A DNA stretch of 64,000 nt from Planctomycetota bacterium. GTDB lineage: Bacteria; Planctomycetota; UBA8108; SXIK01. Of the stretch, positions 19,704 through 29,372 are shown one piece after another. Positions within the stretch are counted from its first letter, which is position 1. Every line of letters starts with the position of its first letter. Position numbers and translations under genes: made by a program. The stretch is from NCBI GenBank assembly GCA_965223845.1, contig CBDCXR010000004.1, positions 6,880,001 through 6,944,000 of the forward strand. Reading direction: 5' to 3'. Under the pieces are notes generated by a model. It saw only the letters and a list, made by a program, of their open reading frames with translations, was not told the origin of the DNA and made no database searches.

Positions 19704-22700
19704 ATGAGAACCACATCCGATCCGCTCTTTCGCTATCTGAAGCGTCCGACTCGACGGCGACTCGCTCGAGTCGTCGCGGCCTACCACGACATCGTGTGGC
19801 GGGTCGCGCTTCGAACGACGCGTGACGCGGAAGACGCGGAGGACGTTTGCCAGGAAGTCTTCCTGAAGCTCCTTCTCGATCCGCCCGCGGCCGATACGGT
19901 CGAATCGCCACGCGGATTTCTCGCCTGGAGAGTCGTCAGCGTGGCGGGTCGCCAGCGCCGGAGCGCCGCGCGCCGTGTCCGCCGGGAGGCGGAGTACGCG
20001 CGCCGGCTGGCGGCGACCGCGCTCGGTGGGGAGAGTCCGGGCGACGAGTTCGTGGACGGCGAGGCGCTTCGCGGGGCGATCGAGTCGCTTCCCGAGCGCC
20101 TTCGGCTGCCGCTCGAACTTCGCTACATCGCCGAGATTCCGGTCGCGGAGATCGCGAGAGTGCTCGGCGTCTCGGAGCGCGAAGTGAGGCGGCGCCAAGA
20201 AGACGCGCGCGAACGTCTCCGGCGGCGGTTCCCTCGTATCCTCCTTCCGGCGATCGTCGCCGGGAGTGTCGCCGAGGACGTCGCGGCGGCTCCGCCGTCG
20301 CTCGTTGCGAGTCTCTTCGAGATCGCCAAGAGCGGTGGAGCACTCGCAGCGCCGACGGGGACGAGCGGCACCGTGCTCGCGAGCGCGGGCCTGACGCCCA
20401 AGACCCTCACGGGAACCGCAGGAGGTGCGCTCATGAGCGCGAAGAAGATGGCGCTCGTCGTGGGCGCGGCCGGCATGTTGATCGTTCTCTCGACCCAGGC
20501 GGTTCTCTGGGTGATGGATCCGTCGAGCGGCGAACGAATCGACGACGGGGAAGCGCCGGTCGTCGCGTCTCCCGCGTCTCCGCGAGCGGATCGCTCGAGC
20601 GACGGTGAACTCGAGACCGCAGTCGACGGTGTCGCGAAACCCATCGACGATCCCGCCGCGCCGAAACCGCTCATTTCGGGTCGCGTGACCGACGCGAGAG
20701 GCGACCCCGTCGTCGGCGCGAAGTTGTTCGCGCTCGACGCGAACGCTTGGGCGAACGTCGTCGCTCCGAACGAGCTCGAGGCGGCGCGATCGGGCGACAG
20801 CGCGGCGCTCATCGGCGTCCAGCGCGCGTATCGAAAGGCCGCCGGCGACGTTCCCACGGTGACGACCGACCTCGCGGGTGCCTACTCCTTCCCGGCGCTC
20901 CGTCGCGTCGACTATCGGGTGATCGTCGTCCACCCGGAGCACGTTCCGCACGAAGAGACTCTCGTCGAGAGCGAAGCGCTTCCCGGCGTCGTCGACGTGC
21001 GCCTTTTCGACGCGCACGGAATCAGCGGCACCGTCCTCGACACCGCGGGAGCTCCGCTCGCCGGGGTTTCGGTGCGAGCCGAAGAGCACGACTCGGCACT
21101 CGCCGCGGTCGGTCTCGGAAGCGGGGATCGCGCCGCGCGCTACGTCCAGCGTTGGGAGCGCGGTCGCATTTTGTTCGAGCCGGCCCGAGTCGAGACCGAT
21201 CGCCACGGGCGCTTTCACCTCGGTTCGCTCGCGCCGGCGCGGTTTCGCCTTTCCGCCCAGCGAAGCGGGTACGCGACGGTCGAGCGGAGTCAGGTTGCGG
21301 CCGGTACCGCGGACCTCGTGCTCACGCTCGAGTTGAGCAGTCTCGTCACCGGCATCGTCGTCGACGCCGGTGGACAGCCTGTCCGCGGAGCGAGCGTCGC
21401 GCTCGTTCGTGCGCGCGAACGCGAAGTGCACCGCTTCTACGATCCGAGTCTCGAGCGCGTCCGGCCGTTCGACGCGGCGGAAGACGAGGCGGTGCTCACG
21501 GGACCCGACGGACGATTTCGAATCCACGCGAGCGACGTGGGACCGCACGACTTGCGAGTGCGAGCGGAGGGTTTTGCTTCACTTCTCGCGGAGATCACCG
21601 TCGCGGAGGGTCCTCACGACGCGGGCGCGCTCGAACTGACTCGCGGCCGCGAGATCTCGGGGATCGTTCGCGACTCGGCCGGCGGCGCCGTTGCCGACGC
21701 CCGGGTGTGGGTCCCCGAAGGAGGGCGCAGCGTGAGGCCCGCGGCCATCCTCGGGCGTAACGAATCCGCCGTCGACAGCGAGACGCGCACGGGCGGCGAC
21801 GGTCGATTCGTGCTTCGTGCGGTCACCGAGCGCGCGGTCGAGCTGCTCGCCACGCACCCGGACTACGGCCGAGGTCGGGTGTCGCTCGGGGAGAAGAGCG
21901 CGGAGCTGACGATCGTCATGCCACCGCCTCTGCGCGTTCGCGGGCGAGTGATCGATGCGGCGAGTGGCGACCCGGTCGCCGGCGCGGAGGTCGCGACCGG
22001 ATTCGGACGCCCCGCCGGCGCGGTTACGGACGAGAGTGGAGAGTTCGAGTGCACGGACATCACGGCCGACGATCTCTACGTTCACACGCTCAACGTGCGG
22101 GTTTCACACCCCGCATACCCGACCGCGAGGACGAACGTGGTCGTCGGCAGTCGCTCGCCGGAACCCATCACCGTGCTCCTGTCGAGAGAGGCGATGCTCT
22201 CGGGGCGCGTCGAGACTCCATCCGGTACGCCACTCGCTGACGTGTCGGTCTACTACGAAGTGCGCGGGATGGCGCCGGAGGCGTATCACAATCCCGTCCG
22301 CGGCCTCGCCGCCCGGACGAACGAGCTCGGCGAGTTTGCGCTTCCGGCTCCGGACGGCACGCGGCACTTGATCGTGCGCCCTCAAGTCTTTCTCGTGGTC
22401 GAGCCGCCGGACTTCGCGACCGAGCGCATCGGTCCGCTTCGGTATCCGGAAGTCGGCTCGGCCTGGCCGGAGCTCGAGGTCGTCGTCACTCCGGGCGTCA
22501 GCGTGACGGGTCGAGTTCTCGATGGCGACGGCGACCCGGTGAGCGGCGCGAGCATCGCGCTCGTCCCGGAGTTCGAGGGCGAAGTGAAGGGACTCCTGAC
22601 GCGCTTGTCGGCTTTGCCGCGGAACGAGACCGCACGCAGTGGATCGGACGGCGAGTTTCGACTTTCGCACGTGGCGGCCGGCTCCTATCGCCTTCTCGTC

Positions 22701-24068
22701 GCAGCTCCGGGATATGCGTCGGCGAGCCTCGACGGAATCGACGTCGCAGATGCCGACGTGAGCCGCGATGTCGTTCTCGAATCGGGGACGACGGTCGAAG
22801 GGCGAGTCGTCGATCGGACCGGCGAACCGCTTCCCTTCGTCGAAGTGATCGCAATCGATGCTGCTTCACCGAATCCTCCGGCCGCCGCCAGCTCGCCGTT
22901 CGGTCGCCGAATGAATCTTCTTCGTCTCGCCGGTACGACCGGTGCGACCACGGGACCGGACGGACGATTCCGATTGTCCGGTCTTCCCGACCGCGAACTG
23001 TCGGTGATCGCGCGCGCGGAGGGTTACGAGGCGGGCCTCGCGGAGAACGTGGTGCCGGGCGCCGCGCCGATCGAGATCGTTCTCGAACGGTTCTCCGCCG
23101 TCGGAGGCCGCGTCGTATCGCGCGGCACAGGAGCTCCCGTGCGCGAGTTCGTGATCGAGATCATCGATGTCCTCGAGCGAAAGCGCCGGCAGAGCGTCCG
23201 CGGTGCGATGAGCGACTATCGCATGGGCTCGGTCGGTTCCCTGCGATTCCGCGATCCGAATGGGAGGTACTTCTTCGACGGGCTTGTCGCGAGCGAGTAC
23301 GAGCTGCTTCTGATCGCTCCGGGGTTTCGACTCGAGAAGAAGAGCTGTCGATTGGAAAGCGGCCAAGAGCTAGACGTCGACTTCGAGCTCGATCCGGGCG
23401 TCGAGCTCGCTGGGAACGTGATCGATGCGGAGACGGGCGGGCCGGTGATGAACGCGATCGTGAACGTCGCCCCGCGAACGGTCCAGGACATGACCGCCCT
23501 CATGCGCGCGAACGCTCGCGAACGGATTCGAACGGGCGGCGACGGTTCGTTCCGCGTCGGCGGACTCGCAGACGGTGACCACGTGGTGGGGGTGGCGCAT
23601 CCCTTCTACGAGCTCGGTCTCGACGGGTACGTGGTGAACATCCCACGTGGCGAACCGTTCGTGGTCGAGCTCGAGCCGGCCGGCGGTCTCGTCGGGCGTC
23701 TCACTGGGCTCGCGGTCGAAGGCGAAGCCGGCTCTCGGGTTCGCCACTCGATCGAGCTCGTACCGATCGGATTCGAGACGGGCGACGGAGAAGCGGGCGA
23801 AGACGAGCCGGTCCCGTACGCCCTCCGGCACGTCGGCGTCCGGGACGACGGCCGCTTCTCGCAGTACCGACTGCCGGCGGGCGAGTATCGGATTCTCGTT
23901 ACGCGCCAGGAGTTCGAGTTCGGAAAGTCGACGGCGATCGGTCCGACCGGCGGATTCGTGGCGCACGAAGAGAAGGGAGAGCCGCAGGAGTTCGACCTCG
24001 GTACCGTGACGGTCCGCGCGCGAGAGACGGTCCGGGTCGAGCGGGCGCTTCCGTCGGCCAACCGTTGA
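19704..24068 (+). CDS. ECF sigma-70 factor fused via a TM/signal segment to an array of carboxypeptidase-regulatory-like (transthyretin-fold) repeats
   Basis: Sigma2 DAEDVCQEVFLKL..FLAWRV; sigma4 LPERLRLPLELRY..EIARVLGVS; hydrophobic MALVVGAAGMLIVLSTQAVLW; about ten repeats of (I/V)xGxVxDxxGxP(V/L)xGA..TDxxGxF. Confidence 0.88.
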   Translation: MRTTSDPLFRYLKRPTRRRLARVVAAYHDIVWRVALRTTRDAEDAEDVCQEVFLKLLLDPPAADTVESPRGFLAWRVVSVAGRQRRSAARRVRREAEYARRLAATALGGESPGDEFVDGEALRGAIESLPERLRLPLELRYIAEIPVAEIARVLGVSEREVRRRQEDARERLRRRFPRILLPAIVAGSVAEDVAAAPPSLVASLFEIAKSGGALAAPTGTSGTVLASAGLTPKTLTGTAGGALMSAKKMALVVGAAGMLIVLSTQAVLWVMDPSSGERIDDGEAPVVASPASPRADRSSDGELETAVDGVAKPIDDPAAPKPLISGRVTDARGDPVVGAKLFALDANAWANVVAPNELEAARSGDSAALIGVQRAYRKAAGDVPTVTTDLAGAYSFPALRRVDYRVIVVHPEHVPHEETLVESEALPGVVDVRLFDAHGISGTVLDTAGAPLAGVSVRAEEHDSALAAVGLGSGDRAARYVQRWERGRILFEPARVETDRHGRFHLGSLAPARFRLSAQRSGYATVERSQVAAGTADLVLTLELSSLVTGIVVDAGGQPVRGASVALVRAREREVHRFYDPSLERVRPFDAAEDEAVLTGPDGRFRIHASDVGPHDLRVRAEGFASLLAEITVAEGPHDAGALELTRGREISGIVRDSAGGAVADARVWVPEGGRSVRPAAILGRNESAVDSETRTGGDGRFVLRAVTERAVELLATHPDYGRGRVSLGEKSAELTIVMPPPLRVRGRVIDAASGDPVAGAEVATGFGRPAGAVTDESGEFECTDITADDLYVHTLNVRVSHPAYPTARTNVVVGSRSPEPITVLLSREAMLSGRVETPSGTPLADVSVYYEVRGMAPEAYHNPVRGLAARTNELGEFALPAPDGTRHLIVRPQVFLVVEPPDFATERIGPLRYPEVGSAWPELEVVVTPGVSVTGRVLDGDGDPVSGASIALVPEFEGEVKGLLTRLSALPRNETARSGSDGEFRLSHVAAGSYRLLVAAPGYASASLDGIDVADADVSRDVVLESGTTVEGRVVDRTGEPLPFVEVIAIDAASPNPPAAASSPFGRRMNLLRLAGTTGATTGPDGRFRLSGLPDRELSVIARAEGYEAGLAENVVPGAAPIEIVLERFSAVGGRVVSRGTGAPVREFVIEIIDVLERKRRQSVRGAMSDYRMGSVGSLRFRDPNGRYFFDGLVASEYELLLIAPGFRLEKKSCRLESGQELDVDFELDPGVELAGNVIDAETGGPVMNAIVNVAPRTVQDMTALMRANARERIRTGGDGSFRVGGLADGDHVVGVAHPFYELGLDGYVVNIPRGEPFVVELEPAGGLVGRLTGLAVEGEAGSRVRHSIELVPIGFETGDGEAGEDEPVPYALRHVGVRDDGRFSQYRLPAGEYRILVTRQEFEFGKSTAIGPTGGFVAHEEKGEPQEFDLGTVTVRARETVRVERALPSANR
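20420..20435 (+). promoter_or_regulatory. Putative internal ribosome-binding site (AGGAGGT) and in-frame ATG within the ECF-fusion gene
   Basis: AGGAGGT at 20420-20426, 6-nt spacer, ATG at 20433 in frame with 19704 (offset 729), directly before MSAKK and the hydrophobic segment. Confidence 0.5.
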
Positions 24069-24092
24069 GGGTTCGAACTCGGTTCTCGAACA

Positions 24093-25079
24093 TCAGGCGC
24101 CGGTTTGCTTCGCTCTCTCCGCCGTTCGGTTCTGCCGCTCGAAAAACGGAACGAGCAGTGTGTCGACGACGAGCTGGAAGAGATGAAACAAGACGAGCGG
24201 AACCGCGCCCGCGGCGTTCGCGCTGAAGAACCGGTTCCAAAGATCGATTCCGTTCGGAAGCGTCTTCTGCGCGCCGCAGAAGACGATCGCCGTCCGCGCG
24301 GACACGGGAAGCCCGGCGATCGTAGCGGCCGCGTAGTTCCAGGCGAGGAGAAGGGTGTGAAGCAGTGCGCAGGCGGCGAAATAGCGGAGAGCGAGCGCCA
24401 CCTCGGAACGAACCTGATCCGCAGCTGCCGCCACGCCGGTGTAGACGAAGACGAGAATGATGAGTTGAGGGACGACGCGAAGCGCCGGGACGATTCTCTG
24501 CGCGCGCGACCAGAGTGCGCGTCTGAGCGCTTGCCCGAGCACGACCGGAAGCAGGACGACCGTGCACATGCGGGCGATCATCGCGAGGGCGTCGAACTCG
24601 ACGTTGGCGCCGATCGCGATCTTGAGGACGAGCGGAGTGAGGACGACGGTGAGCGCGTTCGAGAGGAGCGTGAGAACGAGCGCGAGTTCTTGATCACCGC
24701 GGGTCATGATGGTCAGCGCCAACGCTGAGGCGAGCGTGCCCGCCTGAGCCGCGACGAGCATCATTCCCTGCGTGAACGCGGCCGATTCGCCGCCGCTCGG
24801 CCCGAAGACGCGAGCGAGGCCGAACGCGAGAATCGGAGCGACGAGATAGGTCGACCCGAGTGCGAGCCCGATCGCGCGGAGATTCGTCGCTTGGCGGACG
24901 AGTCGGCTCGTATCGAGGAGGAACCCCGATATCGCGAGGGTGGTCGCGACGAAGATCGGGATCGCCCAGTCGACCTCGCGGAGCGCGTTGCCGCCGGCGG
25001 GCCAGAGCGTTCCGATCGGAAGAAGAAGGACGAGGAGAGTGAGGAACCAGTACCGGCGAAGGACGCGCGAGAGCTTCAT
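24093..25079 (-). CDS. Bile acid:sodium symporter (BASS/SBF-like) family transporter
   Basis: About 9-10 TM helices; TLASALALT..RGD, LSNALTVVLTP, VFCGAQKTLPNG, PLVLFHLFQL typical of the SBF_like family. Confidence 0.85.
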   Translation of the reverse strand: MKLSRVLRRYWFLTLLVLLLPIGTLWPAGGNALREVDWAIPIFVATTLAISGFLLDTSRLVRQATNLRAIGLALGSTYLVAPILAFGLARVFGPSGGESAAFTQGMMLVAAQAGTLASALALTIMTRGDQELALVLTLLSNALTVVLTPLVLKIAIGANVEFDALAMIARMCTVVLLPVVLGQALRRALWSRAQRIVPALRVVPQLIILVFVYTGVAAAADQVRSEVALALRYFAACALLHTLLLAWNYAAATIAGLPVSARTAIVFCGAQKTLPNGIDLWNRFFSANAAGAVPLVLFHLFQLVVDTLLVPFFERQNRTAERAKQTGA

Positions 25080-25088
25080 GCGGGGTGA

Positions 25089-25922
25089 TCAGTTCCCCGC
25101 GGAATCATCGTCCGTGGCTGCGTCCGCGGATCTCCCGCGGGGCTTTTTCTTCGGTGGCTTCTTCTTTTCCCACTTGCCCTTCTTGACCTCGATCCACCAG
25201 CCGGTCTTGCACTTCTTCTGCCAGGCTTTCGCGAAGATCTTGCCGATGTCGACGACGCGCTTCGGGTCGATCTTGTTCGCCCGGGCGAGCTCGCTGTAGA
25301 GATCTTGTCGATTCCGATTCTCGGCGCCGATGAGGGCGAGCACGGCTCGGCGCTTCTTGAGCGTGAGGTCTTTGAGATCGCGCTTCACGAGGAGTCCGGT
25401 GTGGCCTTCGCCCACGCGACCCTCTCGGTAGAGAGGGAGCAGCTTCTGGTAGCGCTTCTTCAGCTCGGCCTTGATCTTCTTGATCTTCGGCGTCGCGATG
25501 TCGAGATCGAATTCGCTCGGCGGCGGCTTGAGCTCGTCCCTATCGCCCTTCTCCTTGTCGCCCTCTTTGTCGTCGTCGTTCTCCGGAGGGCTGCTCGCGA
25601 CGACTCCGGCGAGAGCGGCCGGAACGCCGGCGCTGATCCAGGCCGTCGCCGGAAAGAGAGGAGGCGATTCGGCCGGACTCCACCGAGCCGCTTTCGGTTC
25701 GCTCTCGCCCTCTCCGTTCTCGCCGTCGATCGACGGCGAATCCGACGCGGCGAGATCGGGGCGGACTTCGTCGACGATCGCATCCGCTGCTCGTTCGATC
25801 TGGCGCGTCGGAAAGTACACGTTGATCGTGACACAGCCGATCGCGACGAGGACGGCCGCGCCCGCCGCGATCGGCTGCGCGCGGCGAGGGACGCGTCCAC
25901 GGTTCGTTCGAAACGAGTTCAC
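25089..25922 (-). CDS. YnbE-like lipoprotein fused to YdbL/DUF1318 domain
   Basis: GTG start at 25922 with GAGGA RBS; lipobox AIGC followed by VTINVYFP..ERAADAIVDEV; C-terminal GRVGEG..G..AENRNR..LY..LA..W..GWW. Confidence 0.78.
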   Translation of the reverse strand: MNSFRTNRGRVPRRAQPIAAGAAVLVAIGCVTINVYFPTRQIERAADAIVDEVRPDLAASDSPSIDGENGEGESEPKAARWSPAESPPLFPATAWISAGVPAALAGVVASSPPENDDDKEGDKEKGDRDELKPPPSEFDLDIATPKIKKIKAELKKRYQKLLPLYREGRVGEGHTGLLVKRDLKDLTLKKRRAVLALIGAENRNRQDLYSELARANKIDPKRVVDIGKIFAKAWQKKCKTGWWIEVKKGKWEKKKPPKKKPRGRSADAATDDDSAGN

Positions 25923-26046
25923 CGGGTTTTCCTCAAGAGTTTCGTCGTCATGGAGGCCATTCAAGAGGCATTTCGTTGCGAGATGGACTCTCTCTCGGGA
26001 GAGGTTTTTTTTCCAAGTGAGATCGACGAGTGATTCTCGTCTCCCT

Positions 26047-29000
26047 CTAGTCTTCACCTTCGTAGATCGCGCGCAGGCTCGCCGAGATCGCCTCCCAATC
26101 GTAGTCGATGCCAGGATTCGCGTTGATGATACTGATCCTCGGGAGGCGGTACCACTCCCCGAGCATGATGCCTTCCTTGCCGTTCTCGCGGTACTTCCCG
26201 CGGAGTCGAAACCGGCCGTTCGCAAGTGAGGCATCGAAACCGAATCGATCGTAGTAGAAGCGCGAGAAGAGCGACTCTTCGACATCGCCGAGGGGTCCTT
26301 CGAGCACGCGACGGATGCTCTCGATCGCTCGTCGATCGACATACTGGCGAACTCCTTTCTTCCGCTCGGTCGCGACGGACACGCGAAACGCCGCCAGCTC
26401 GCCACCGACGATCTCGACACCGTCGACTCGTCCACTCAGGACTCCGCTGAAGAGTCCGAATTGAAACGTCTCTCCGAGCGCCTTCAGATCGAGATCGCGG
26501 AGTCGACCCGAGCGCAGTTCGAGACTGACGTAGGGCTTCAAGGGATCTTCGACGGCGAGGTCCTCGAAACGAATCTCGCCGCCGAACGCGCGGCAGTCGA
26601 TCGAGCCGTTCCACTCGAGGCGTTGCCCGCGAAAGTGCGCGGGACGCGCGACCGCCGAGACGCGGCCCGCGACCGGCGGCAGATCGGCGGCGCGAAGAAT
26701 CTCCGCGAGGTCGAGGTCGTTCGCGCGAACGACGGTTCGCCACGTCGGACCACCCTTCGAGCGGAGGAAGAGATCGAGCGCAGAGACGTCCAGGACACCG
26801 CCGAAGAGACGGAGCCGCTGCGGCTCGACGAGTCCGTAGACGCCTTCGTAGAGTCTCACCGGACTCGCGATCGGACCGACCGACCAGGTCTCACCGCCGA
26901 TCCGCGAGATCGCGAGATGTCCGTTTCGTGCTCGCGCGCGAGCGGCGGGTTCACCGGCGGATTGCGACTCGAACGGGAGGGAGAGCGACACGCCGCTCAG
27001 TGCCGTTCCTCCGGCGCTCCACTCGCCCGCGTCGAGTCGAGCTTCGCCGAAGTGCTCACCGCGCGCAGTGTCACCGAGCGCGCGCGAATAGCGCCAATCG
27101 AGCTCGAGCTCCCCGTCGAGGCGCGATGACTCGAGCCAGCCGAAGCTCGGCGAGAGAGGGTCGACGACGAACGCTCGGTAAGCGCGCGAGAGGGGAACCG
27201 CGCGCGTTCGAAGATCGATCGTGAGGCGCGGCGATGGGACGGAGGATCCGCCCGCGGACCAGTCGAGCGCGATCGAGCCCGTCGAACGGCCGGTGATCGG
27301 AGTCTCGACATCGAGAGCGAGAATCCGCAGGGCGCGAGTCTCCGTCGTCTCTGCGCTCCAATCGAACTCCCCCGACAGTTCCGCGGTGCTCCATTCGTCC
27401 GACATGCCGGCACCGACGGCTCCCGCGATGAACTCGTCGATCTCGATTCTTGCGCGGGCGTCGTACACGACCCGTGCGCGCGGCGGAGCGACGCGGTAGT
27501 CGACGCTCGCGTCGAGCTCGAGTGCACCGTCGACGCCGGCCGCTTCGAACCAGTCCGCCGCGGCGCGAACGTGCCCGCGGGTCAGGTTCGCGCTCGCGGC
27601 GATCGTCCCGCTCCAGCCGATCTCGCTTCCTCGCACGTCGCAGAAAAGAGACTCGGCGGAAAGGAGTCCCGCATCGAACGCGAGGGAGTTCGTCGCCGGA
27701 AGATGCGACGACAGGGAATCGCTGAGCGCCTCCGCCGGGAACGCGTCGAGGAAGGCGATCGACCCGGCCGCGATCTCGATGCTCGACCGGGAAGACGAGA
27801 CGGCGGCGTCTTCGACGCTCACTCGCGCGACTGCGCCGCCTCTCGTCGGCACGAATGCGGTAGCCGTTACTGCGAGCCGGGCCGCGTCGCCGACGACGCG
27901 ACCGTTGATCTCGACCGGGCCCGAAACGAGATCGAGGTCGGAGCTTCGCTCGAACTCTCGCACGAACGCTTCGTCGAGACTTGCGGCGAACTCGAGCTCG
28001 TGGTTCGGCGCCGCGCGTTCGAGGCCGTCGATCGTTCCGTGGGCTCGGAGCCAGACGTCTCCGCTCCGCGCGGCGAGGCTCTCGAGCCGGAGCTCGCCGC
28101 CGCGCTCGCCGCGCGTGTACTCGCCCCGGCCCGTCACCTCCACGGAAACCGCTTCGGGGGCACGGATCCGAGCGACTCTCCCGCTCGCGGTGACGCGAGC
28201 GCTGAATCGAGTGCGTGCGAGCGCGTTTGCGGCGGTCGCGTTCATCTGAACGGAAATCTCGTCGAGTCGAGCGAGCTGACCATCCGCGAGTGCGACGGGC
28301 TCCGCGTCAGCCGCCGTCGCCGCCGCGTTCGCTTGCAGCTCGACTTCGAGCGCGTCCGGCCAGGTGCCGCTCACTCGACCGGAGATTCGAGTGCGCGGGT
28401 TTCGCGCGAGCGCTGAAGTGAGGATCTCGGCTCCGCGGTCGCTCGAGGACGTGAGGGGACGAAGCCAATGCTCCGACCCGGCCCACGCTAGAAGCTCGCC
28501 GAGCGGAAGATGCGATCCGGAGATCTGAGCCCGGGAGATGCGGTAGGCGTCCGGGCCGATCTTCGCGATCGATCCGACGATCCGGCAGCTTCCGCCGAGC
28601 ACGCGAACGCGCAGATCGAAGCGCTGGGGACCCGAGCGACCGAGGTTGCGGAGGCGCAACTCGAGAGAGTGGAGGACGAGAGTTCGTCCGCCGAGCTGGA
28701 CGTCGAGGCGTCCGCTCCTCACGAGTGCGCTGTCGATGACGAGCGGGGTCGACCCTCTCGCCGGGGCTTCGGACGTCGCCCCCGGTGATCCACTGTCGAT
28801 GCCCCCGGCTGGGCTCTCCAAGGTTGCGAGCCCCGACAGATCCGCGTCGAGATTGAGCGCGAGCGCTGGCCCTTCGACCTCGAGGCGGTGGATCCGGCTC
28901 TGGAGGAGACTCAGCGGATCGTACTCGAGCGTGATGCGCGCCGCGCGAAACTGCGCGCGCCCCTCTGCCTCGGCGGAAACGGAGTGGAGCTCGGTCGCCG

Positions 29001-29244
29001 TGAACTCGCGCAGCGGATTCGTCTCGATGCGACCGATCTTGACCGGAATCGCGAAGTGCGATTGAACGAGGTTTTCGACGAAGCGGTTGAGGTCGCCGCG
29101 GCGACCGAGCCACGGCACTCCCCACTGGAGGAACGCGAGCGCGAGCGTCGCGACGAGGAGAACGCTCAGTCCGGCGCGGAAGAGGCGGCGCGTCCAGCGC
29201 CTTCCCCATCGCGCGGGTTTCGATTCGTTCGACTCGGCGGACAT
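26047..29244 (-). CDS. AsmA-like / YdbH-like intermembrane lipid-bridge protein
   Basis: N-terminal TM anchor, long beta-rich body, C-terminal FGGEIRF..LDLKAL..FGLFSGVLSGRV..YYDRFG..LPRISII..DW; lies directly upstream of the YdbL-like gene. Confidence 0.7.
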   Translation of the reverse strand: MSAESNESKPARWGRRWTRRLFRAGLSVLLVATLALAFLQWGVPWLGRRGDLNRFVENLVQSHFAIPVKIGRIETNPLREFTATELHSVSAEAEGRAQFRAARITLEYDPLSLLQSRIHRLEVEGPALALNLDADLSGLATLESPAGGIDSGSPGATSEAPARGSTPLVIDSALVRSGRLDVQLGGRTLVLHSLELRLRNLGRSGPQRFDLRVRVLGGSCRIVGSIAKIGPDAYRISRAQISGSHLPLGELLAWAGSEHWLRPLTSSSDRGAEILTSALARNPRTRISGRVSGTWPDALEVELQANAAATAADAEPVALADGQLARLDEISVQMNATAANALARTRFSARVTASGRVARIRAPEAVSVEVTGRGEYTRGERGGELRLESLAARSGDVWLRAHGTIDGLERAAPNHELEFAASLDEAFVREFERSSDLDLVSGPVEINGRVVGDAARLAVTATAFVPTRGGAVARVSVEDAAVSSSRSSIEIAAGSIAFLDAFPAEALSDSLSSHLPATNSLAFDAGLLSAESLFCDVRGSEIGWSGTIAASANLTRGHVRAAADWFEAAGVDGALELDASVDYRVAPPRARVVYDARARIEIDEFIAGAVGAGMSDEWSTAELSGEFDWSAETTETRALRILALDVETPITGRSTGSIALDWSAGGSSVPSPRLTIDLRTRAVPLSRAYRAFVVDPLSPSFGWLESSRLDGELELDWRYSRALGDTARGEHFGEARLDAGEWSAGGTALSGVSLSLPFESQSAGEPAARARARNGHLAISRIGGETWSVGPIASPVRLYEGVYGLVEPQRLRLFGGVLDVSALDLFLRSKGGPTWRTVVRANDLDLAEILRAADLPPVAGRVSAVARPAHFRGQRLEWNGSIDCRAFGGEIRFEDLAVEDPLKPYVSLELRSGRLRDLDLKALGETFQFGLFSGVLSGRVDGVEIVGGELAAFRVSVATERKKGVRQYVDRRAIESIRRVLEGPLGDVEESLFSRFYYDRFGFDASLANGRFRLRGKYRENGKEGIMLGEWYRLPRISIINANPGIDYDWEAISASLRAIYEGED

Positions 29245-29372
29245 CGGGCGCTTCTCCAGCCGCTTCCGGTCGATCCCCCTCGACCGGACATCTCCTGGCT
29301 GCCCGTTCCGTTGGACGTCGATCCGGGTGCGTCATTCATCCCGGAGACGACGCACGACCCGGCGCGGACGGC

